Made by a program: the position numbers and the translations under genes | In this document: positions 56,954-64,000 of the stretch, in pieces | Layout of the letters: each line of letters starts with the position of its first letter | Position numbering within the stretch: position 1 is the stretch's first letter | The notes under the pieces: generated by a model | Told to the model about the DNA's origin: nothing | Database searches by the model: none | The model's input: the letters and a program-made list of their open reading frames with translations, nothing else | DNA from: an uncultured Nitrososphaeraceae archaeon | GTDB taxonomy: Archaea; Thermoproteota; Nitrososphaeria; Nitrososphaerales; Nitrososphaeraceae | DNA length: 64,000 nt | NCBI GenBank assembly: GCA_963729045.1 | Contig: CAVSMN010000001.1 | Span: 1 to 64,000, forward strand | Direction of reading: 5' to 3'

Positions 56954-57648
56954 GAAATACGAGACAATACTTCAGGTAATTCAGAGAGAGTGTGTATAGT
57001 GAAAAGTGGTGTCTCTTTTTTGTTCATAGGCTCTTGAATTTTGTATAAAGAGTCCAAAGTTCTTATGGTCTTCATTCCGAGCTCATTGGCAGGTAAAATG
57101 TCGATATCTAATCTATCTCCAACCATGATGCAATTGTCAATACTTGAATTAGAGCCAAGTAACGCCTTATGAAATATTTCATGATTTGGTTTTTTAGATC
57201 CAATATCTTCTGCTAAACATACTATTCTAAAATGCTTATCTAGATCGTTTAGAACCAATAGATTGGCTGAACCGGATGAATTGTTGCTGATTATACCTAA
57301 TGAATATTTCTTGGATAATAATGGGATGAGGTAGTTAACTTGACTAAATAGTTTGATTAGTTTTCTTTTATTTTCTAGCAAATCCGTCTTTAAAACATCG
57401 AAAATCACAGAATCATATCCCTTAGGAAGGATAAGACTTACCATTAGGGAAATAATTTCCAGAAATCCTGATGAACCAAATTTTCTGTTTCGAACTAAAT
57501 CATTTCTCAACGTATAATAGTTTCTTTGATCTATCCTAGCCCCATAGTCATTAAGTGTCTGGAATAATAGTTTATCAAAATAAGTAACGTAATTCCATTC
57601 ATCAATGAGCGTTTGCCCAAGGTCAAAGAAGACGAATGGTCTCACCAA
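56950..57648 (-). CDS. HAD-superfamily hydrolase
   Basis: FFDLGQTL, IISN, KP..IF and VGDRLDIDI. Confidence 0.9.
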   Translation of the reverse strand: MVRPFVFFDLGQTLIDEWNYVTYFDKLLFQTLNDYGARIDQRNYYTLRNDLVRNRKFGSSGFLEIISLMVSLILPKGYDSVIFDVLKTDLLENKRKLIKLFSQVNYLIPLLSKKYSLGIISNNSSGSANLLVLNDLDKHFRIVCLAEDIGSKKPNHEIFHKALLGSNSSIDNCIMVGDRLDIDILPANELGMKTIRTLDSLYKIQEPMNKKETPLFTIHTLSELPEVLSRIS

Positions 57649-57698
57649 GTATTTTTAAAGCCATTAATTATTTATAGTTTAGATTATTTTATCAATAC

Positions 57699-58515
57699 TG
57701 ATAATCATCGACGATAAGCTTGACAACATTGACAAAACATCAGAAATTTAGTTAATTAATTAAACATTAATCTAATAATTTAATAATATTCCATCAATTT
57801 CTAGTATTATTTATAAATATTTTAGTTCACATCTTATATATTTAATCAACGAAGACATAGTGATAGTAAAATGGCACAAATGCCTGCATTAATTCCAAAG
57901 GAAGTAGAAATCCAGAGGCTAAAAAAGATCTATATAATGGTCATTATGCTAGGGTCTATTGCTGCATCAGTAGAAGTAGACAACTTTGTTGATGGATCAT
58001 TGCACCAAACAGCCATCAGAGACAGTGCATTTACACCAGCTCATTGGTGGTTATACAGTCACTTTATTGCACTCCCACTAGGTTGGGGATTTGTTGCGAT
58101 GTATGACAGGAGATGTACCAGCATTAAGAGGACCAAACAATTCAATGAATACTGGTCTAAAGATAACCATTATCGGTTATTTAGCTACCATGTTCACAAT
58201 TGGTATCAATGAAATGTGGCACTTTTGGTTTGTTGAAGAAATATTTTCAGTACCTAACCACTGGATGTTTAACATGGGTGTAGTAGTAGCTTTCATGGGT
58301 GCTTTGGCCTATGTAGTTAGGGTATACGCACGTTTGGTAGAACTTGGCGCTGAAACTCCTGCAAGGAACCCCTATGTAGCAGAAATGTACAAACTAGCAT
58401 TAGAAGGAAAACTCTACAGCAGATCAGTTCCATAATCTTTTTTTTTGTTTTTAGTTTTAGTTTTTGTTTTAGTTAGTTAATTTTGTACTTAATTATTTAG
58501 ATACATTAGAATAGA
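57699..58515 (+). repeat. amoC cassette, direct-repeat copy 2
   Basis: Near-identical to 43970..44787. Confidence 0.97.
57871..58435 (+). CDS. amoC: Ammonia monooxygenase subunit C, second copy, with an extra T at 58114
   Basis: By eye, identical to copy 1 except AGG AGA T GTA versus AGG AGA GTA. Confidence 0.95.
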
Positions 58516-58553
58516 CAGGTTTGATTAGACAGAAATTGTATTCTTAAGCAGTA

Positions 58554-59072
58554 TCATCCAAATAGCTTTGAGATCCAAAGTTGCAATTTAGCTGGATCCA
58601 TTTCTAATATTTGTACATTTCCATGTCTTAAGATCTCGGTTCCGTCCTCGTCATATTTAGATAAAATGACCACTTTATTGATCCCTACTGTAATAGCCAT
58701 CTTGCTACATTCTATGCATGGAGCAAGAGTAGAGTATAAAGTAGCATTTTTGGTACTGCCAGCATTTCCAAACATAACGCATTGCATTATTGCATTGGCC
58801 TCCGCATGCACACAAATACACCTATCTAAAGATTCACCTGATTTAACAATACCTTTAATCCTATCTGTACATCTTTTACATCCACCCTCAAAGCAATTTT
58901 GGAATCCAGATGGGGTACCATTGTAACCAGTTGATATTTGTCTATTATTCTTAACTATTACAGCTCCTATTTGCCTAGTAAGACAGTTGGATCGTAGCTT
59001 TGCCAAAAAAGCTTGTATCATAAAGTAAACGTCCCAATCGGGTCTTTCAAATTCCCTGTCTAATCCATCCAT
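58554..59072 (-). CDS. dCMP deaminase family protein
   Basis: RPDWD.YF, TGYNG, HAEANAI and PCIEC. Confidence 0.93.
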   Translation of the reverse strand: MDGLDREFERPDWDVYFMIQAFLAKLRSNCLTRQIGAVIVKNNRQISTGYNGTPSGFQNCFEGGCKRCTDRIKGIVKSGESLDRCICVHAEANAIMQCVMFGNAGSTKNATLYSTLAPCIECSKMAITVGINKVVILSKYDEDGTEILRHGNVQILEMDPAKLQLWISKLFG

Positions 59073-59391
59073 AAATTCCTATATATAATAGCCATTAATT
59101 AAAATACAACAGTTCAGAGCTAGAAGGTTGTCATCATTACTGTAATAACATAAAATAATGACACATATAAAAATATTAAATAGTTTTTTTGAGGAACACT
59201 AAAGAATAAATATATAATGTGCCAAAGAATTTTGTTTTCAATTGCATTTAATTCCAACCTAGAACAAGTTGATAAGGCATTCTCAAACACTGAAGTTAAA
59301 ATCAATCAATTTATTGATAGCAAATGATATCAAAAAGGTAAATATAGAAAATATCGATATGAATCGACTAGATTGTTGCAATTTTTAGTAT

Positions 59392-59544
59392 TTATGTAGA
59401 TTTTTTACTTCCTCCTATCTTGAACATTTTCGTATTACACACAGTACATATACCTTGAGTAGCAGGTCTTCCATTTTTCATGGTTACCTCTTTTTCATCT
59501 TTCATTTCTCTTTTTGCTTTGCATTTAACACAATATCCTTCCAT
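59392..59544 (-). CDS. Small DUF5679-like zinc-ribbon protein (absent from the ORF track)
   Basis: MEGYCVKCKAKREMKDEKEVTMKNGRPATQGICTVCNTKMFKIGGSKKST*. An alternative in-frame ATG lies at 59562. Confidence 0.85.
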   Translation of the reverse strand: MEGYCVKCKAKREMKDEKEVTMKNGRPATQGICTVCNTKMFKIGGSKKST

Positions 59545-59669
59545 CTGTTTAACCTTCTGCATGAGTAGATAAAATACATGTAGTATAAAATTATTGTTAT
59601 AAATGACTAAAAAATCATCACTAAAATATCACTATTTTGCTAGATTACGATATTTTATATAAGTAATTA

Positions 59670-61010
59670 TTGCAAAAAATGATATTGAATGCAAAAGAAA
59701 TTCAGGATAACATTCTAAAATTAATTAAAGAACATCACGACTGGTTCAATGACTCCATTCCCCTCATAGCAAGTGAAAATATCCCCAGTCCAGCCGTCAG
59801 GGAAGCTGTGGCGTCTGATTTTGGAAATAGGTATGCAGAGGGTTGGCCTGGAGAAAGGGTATACGCAGGGTGCACTTTTATAGACAAAGTTGAAAATATT
59901 TGCAATGATTTAGCAAGATCAGTATTTAAAGCTGAATTTGCAGATTGTAGAGCAACTTCGGGAGTTGTCGCAAATTTGGCAATATATTCTGCATTCTCAA
60001 ATCCTGGAGACACTATGATAGCTTCGTCGATTCCTACCGGTGGACATATTTCACACGGAAAAAAGGAGCACTCAGGAACGGCCGGCTTGGTTCACGGATT
60101 AGTAATAGAACACTTTCCATTTTCAAAAGAAAACATGACCATCGATGTTGAACTGACCAAGAAAAAAATAGATACAATGATTGCCGAAGGAAAAGCACCG
60201 AAAATAGCGATGTTTGGCGGCAGTCTTTTTTTGTTCCCTCATCCTGTGAAAGAATTATCAGAATTCTTGCATGAACGAAATGTGTATATAAATTACGATG
60301 GAGCCCACGTAGCAGGTCTAATCGCTGGTGGACAATTTCAAGACCCTTTACGAGAAGGCGCTGATTCGATGACCATGAGCTCGCATAAGACACTATGGGG
60401 ACCCCAAGGAGGCATCATAGTATCGGTTGAAAAATATTCGGAGTCTATAAAGAAGGCAATTTTTCCGGGAAATACAAGTAGTCATCACCTGCATCATGTT
60501 GCGGGCAAAGCAGTAGCATTGGCTGAATCATTAGAATTTGGAGAAGAATATGCAAAACAAGTCATCAAGAATGCAAAAATGCTTGCCTACTCCCTTGCAA
60601 ATCATGGATTCAATGTTTTAGGGGAAAAGAGAGGCTATACTGAATCACATCAACTTGCCGTCGACGTCTCAAATTATGGTGATGGTGGAACTATAGAAAA
60701 GGACCTTGAAAAATGTAATATAATCCTAAATAGACAATTGCTTCCTGGGGACATAAAAGAGGGAAGAAATTATTTTCATCCCAGTGGCGTTAGAATAGGA
60801 GTTCCTGAAGTAACCAGACTAGGAATGAAGGAAGACGAAATGCAGGAAATAGCAACCTTTATTAAAAAAGTTGTAATAGACAAGCAAGATATTCCTAAAG
60901 TTTTGACAAAATGTAACAGAGTTCAAAAAGAACTTTCAAAAGGTACATTACGCTTTTGATAATGAAACCTCTGCATATCAATATATTCAATTGGTGAATA
61001 GGAAAGAATA
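59670..61010 (+). CDS. glyA: Serine hydroxymethyltransferase (1-nt frameshift near 60911)
   Basis: LIASEN, YAEGWPG, GGHISH, DGAH and SSHKT. The +1 frame restores VTEFKKNFQKVHYAFD...* at 61010. Confidence 0.96.
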
Positions 61011-61126
61011 AATCAACCCAAATCAGAGGAATTGTGCAAAATTACTCGAAATATCTAGCCTTCCTATAGATATTTCTACACATGATTTATATAATATAGA
61101 AGGATCAAATATCTCTGCAAAAAAAT

Positions 61127-61663
61127 ATGCCAATCGATCCAGATTTTCCAGCAAATCATCAAGTAATTGGAAAGATAAAAACTTCAGACGATGAACATTT
61201 TCACTATTTATGGGGTCCAGGTTCACTAAAAGAGGCAGCAGAGAATACAGAAGTTAAAGAAGCATTCCAAGCAAAAGGAGAAGAAATAGGACCTTTAGGT
61301 GTAAGTGGAACTATGGTAGCAGTCGACTGGGATTCGTGTGTAGCAGATGGAGCATGTATTGAAGCATGTCCTGTACAAGTTTTTCAATGGTACAGAACTG
61401 AACATGACGTATCAGCTAAAGAGGCAGTAAATGAAGTATTTGAAGGTACTGGTTCTTCAGTTAAAGAAGAAAGAAAAGACTATACAGATAAAGCAGATCC
61501 AATCAGAGAACATGATTGTATTTGGTGTATGGCATGTGTGTCAGTATGTCCACCTCAAGCAATTAAGGTAGATCAAGCCGCATTGGAATTCCACGAAAAA
61601 GCATCAGGAACATTTAACGAAGAATTATCAAAAGGTAGTGCACCACCACCTCACGCACACTAA
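61127..61663 (+). CDS. Zfx-like dicluster (3Fe-4S/4Fe-4S) ferredoxin with an N-terminal extension
   Basis: MPIDP..., CVADGAC...CP and CIWCMAC...CP motifs. Confidence 0.9.
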   Translation: MPIDPDFPANHQVIGKIKTSDDEHFHYLWGPGSLKEAAENTEVKEAFQAKGEEIGPLGVSGTMVAVDWDSCVADGACIEACPVQVFQWYRTEHDVSAKEAVNEVFEGTGSSVKEERKDYTDKADPIREHDCIWCMACVSVCPPQAIKVDQAALEFHEKASGTFNEELSKGSAPPPHAH

Positions 61664-61761
61664 ATATTTTTTTTTAGAATCAGCAATAATTACTATAACA
61701 AGATTATTCAAAGTTAGAAATACAAAAGTAGATACAGTAAATCAACATATCAAAATATAAA

Positions 61762-62100
61762 CTACCAGATCATCCAAGATTCTAACGTTTTTGAGAATGA
61801 ATTTAGAATAAACCTACATCGTGATGAAATATCCAAGTGATCTTCACGGAGTGATTCATCAATGCATTGAACGAATAAAATTAAAGGAGAAGAAGCAGAA
61901 TCTAGCCTAGTCCAATCATTTCCACACGATTCTAAAATAGCATCCACCTTTTGATTATATAGTTTGGAAATTGTAAATGACACATCCTCCAGTTCAGAGT
62001 TTGAAATCTCGTGAGATGAGAGGAATGACTTCAAGTTCTCTGAATTTATTAGAAAAGAATCGATATAGTGATTCTTGATTGATTTAGGTACTCGAGTCAT
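61762..62100 (-). CDS. Hypothetical protein, translationally coupled to gatE
   Basis: 112-aa ORF overlapping the gatE stop (ATGA). Confidence 0.65.
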   Translation of the reverse strand: MTRVPKSIKNHYIDSFLINSENLKSFLSSHEISNSELEDVSFTISKLYNQKVDAILESCGNDWTRLDSASSPLILFVQCIDESLREDHLDISSRCRFILNSFSKTLESWMIW

Positions 62101-64000
62101 GCTAAGAAGGGGAAGGAGAAGAATCCTTCGTTAAGAAATGTTTCTAATTTGTGTTTCAAATAGTCATTAATTTTGCTACCATCTACCTTACCTCTCAGAA
62201 CTGCCATACTTTTCCCCATCAATACACCCATGGAATTGGGCCCTTTCTCTCTTATAACGCTCAAATTATCATCAAACAATTTATCCAATGTAGAAAATAA
62301 GTCCGTATCATCTAATTTAGTTAGGTTGAGGGAATTTATTGCTTCCTCTACCGTCATGCAATCCTTTTTCATTAATTTTTCAAAAATTAATATTATAGAC
62401 TCTTTTGCAATAAATCCCTTATCAAGCCTATTGAAAATGTCTAGAATCATTTCATCTGTCAAGAGGTCCTTATCAAGATTATTTCTGGAGAGACTAACGA
62501 TATCTTCAGTAAGTTTTGATGCAACAAAGGTGGGTGAAATAGTGGGATTGGTTATCAAGAGTCTTTCAAATAAATTATAATAATCAGAATCAAAAATTTG
62601 TTCAGATAATTTCATATTCAATCCATACTTTTTCATGATTCCTTTGATTAATTCATTCCATGGCAAAGGTATTTTATTTTTCAAACTATCAAGTAAGTTA
62701 CGATCAACAGGAATTGGCATTATATCCGTTTCAGGATACATTCTGGATGAACCTGGTCTAGGTCGTGAAAAAATGGTAGTTCCGTCTAAAGTAACTGAAC
62801 GGGTTTCAGCAATGACACCATATTTAAATTGGATTACCCTTTTAATCAATGGTTCAAGAAGGTTGCTTATTTTTTCCCTGTTACCGCCTATTATTATAAA
62901 GGCATCGTCAGTAGAAACATCAACAGATTTCTTAACGCTATCTATCTCATTGATAGTGATCCCATAATTAGGTAATTCATCGGAATGAAAGACGCCACCC
63001 AATCCAAAAAATCTAACAAACTCTCCTAACTCTTTACCTAGTCGTACATCTTTCACAGGTTCATAGCCAATCAATCCACTTAGACCCCTCAAACGGATAC
63101 AATTAATGACTGGGTCTGGATCTTTTAATATTTTTTTTATCACCTTAGATGATGAATTTGAGAACAAGGAAGTTATGTCTTCAATTTTATCGCCAATAAA
63201 GGAATCATCAATATTTCTATTTCTAAATTCTTCCGCAATTTTGATTAATCCGTACTGTCTTTTTGTTTCGTAGTCTAAAACTTTGATAAGTTGTGATAAT
63301 TGCTGTACTCCCTTGACTTCGACTACTTGACCATCATTGACAGATATATTCACATCCTGCCTTATGCTCCCAATTCCTCGAGTCACTCTTTTACTACTTC
63401 GAAGTAATCTACCTAGAGTTAATGCGACGTTTACAATTTCTGCAGGAGTCCCAGATATGGGATCAAGTGCGATTTCGACTAGCGGGATCCCAAGCCTGTC
63501 GAGTCCGTATTCCTTTAATAGAGGATTGGTAGAAATTAATTTTGCTGCATCCTCTTCTAAACATATACCCTGGACACCTATCTTGTTGAAATTATCGACT
63601 TCTAAGTAACCTCCCGTTGATATCAACATAGTTCTTTGAAATCCACTGACATTAGAGCCATCTATCACTAATTTCCTCATGACATGAATTTCATCAACAA
63701 TATTTGAATTTAGAGCAAGTGAAAACAACAATGCTGTTTCAAGTGCATCTTTGCTTACTTCATGTGGGGGCTCCTCGTCAGCTTCTACTAAACAGCTATA
63801 TCCTACTTTAGAATAATACTTGATTGAATTCATTTTGGCGTGTTCAAATAATGCAGCTTTGTCAAAATCACCCAATTCACTTTTTGTAGGTCTCAAAACT
63901 CGAATAAAGTTGAAATCATAACCCTCGTCGTTGGATCCATCGCCTTTGCAATTACAAAAGAGTTTAGACGATGTACTTAGTTGTTGATGTATTTCAAAGC
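62097..64000 (-). CDS. gatE: Glutamyl-tRNA(Gln) amidotransferase subunit E (5' end outside the window)
   Basis: The frame is open to the window edge: FEIHQQL..KLFC, RPTKSELG, MRKLVIDGSN.SGFQRT, RMYPETD. Confidence 0.97.
   Translation of the reverse strand, partial: FEIHQQLSTSSKLFCNCKGDGSNDEGYDFNFIRVLRPTKSELGDFDKAALFEHAKMNSIKYYSKVGYSCLVEADEEPPHEVSKDALETALLFSLALNSNIVDEIHVMRKLVIDGSNVSGFQRTMLISTGGYLEVDNFNKIGVQGICLEEDAAKLISTNPLLKEYGLDRLGIPLVEIALDPISGTPAEIVNVALTLGRLLRSSKRVTRGIGSIRQDVNISVNDGQVVEVKGVQQLSQLIKVLDYETKRQYGLIKIAEEFRNRNIDDSFIGDKIEDITSLFSNSSSKVIKKILKDPDPVINCIRLRGLSGLIGYEPVKDVRLGKELGEFVRFFGLGGVFHSDELPNYGITINEIDSVKKSVDVSTDDAFIIIGGNREKISNLLEPLIKRVIQFKYGVIAETRSVTLDGTTIFSRPRPGSSRMYPETDIMPIPVDRNLLDSLKNKIPLPWNELIKGIMKKYGLNMKLSEQIFDSDYYNLFERLLITNPTISPTFVASKLTEDIVSLSRNNLDKDLLTDEMILDIFNRLDKGFIAKESIILIFEKLMKKDCMTVEEAINSLNLTKLDDTDLFSTLDKLFDDNLSVIREKGPNSMGVLMGKSMAVLRGKVDGSKINDYLKHKLETFLNEGFFSFPFLA

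Noticed and set aside
43970..58515. Composite transposon or integrated element bounded by the long direct repeats
   Set aside because: The repeats are amoC cassettes, there is no transposase or integrase, and the cargo is housekeeping genes.
771..63609. Numerous short antisense or overlapping ORFs in the track (e.g. 771..1052, 7925..8347, 11232..11537, 28414..28638, 40638..40958, 62173..62580)
   Set aside because: They lie opposite or within well-supported genes and lack motifs.

Overview
AT-rich archaeal chromosome segment from an ammonia-oxidising archaeon (Nitrososphaerota). Low coding density, two amoC copies and the gene repertoire suggest Nitrososphaeraceae, probably Ca. Nitrosocosmicus (inference). 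The first ~28.8 kb is an accessory, gene-poor region. It holds copper/quinoprotein redox genes, a ferritin-like/adenylate cyclase fusion, a cNMP-binding thioredoxin-reductase-like gene, many gene remnants, and small Cys-rich proteins. It also holds a putative polyphosphate locus (SixA, CHAD, two tandem thymidylate-kinase-like genes and a second degenerate CHAD). From ~28.8 kb onward the window is mostly core genes: aIF6, leuCD, psmB, tgtA, Lsm, AK6, radA, rtcB, purB, smc, dCMP deaminase, glyA, ferredoxin and gatE. Two near-identical ~820-bp amoC cassettes lie in direct orientation about 13.7 kb apart. Many genes, including conserved ones such as smc and glyA, are broken by single-base indels, most likely sequencing or assembly error. 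No rRNA, tRNA, CRISPR array or intact transposase was recognised. The best candidates for undescribed biology are the CHAD/SixA/paired-TMPK locus, a possible cAMP circuit, and an unannotated 50-aa Cren7-like zinc-ribbon gene.
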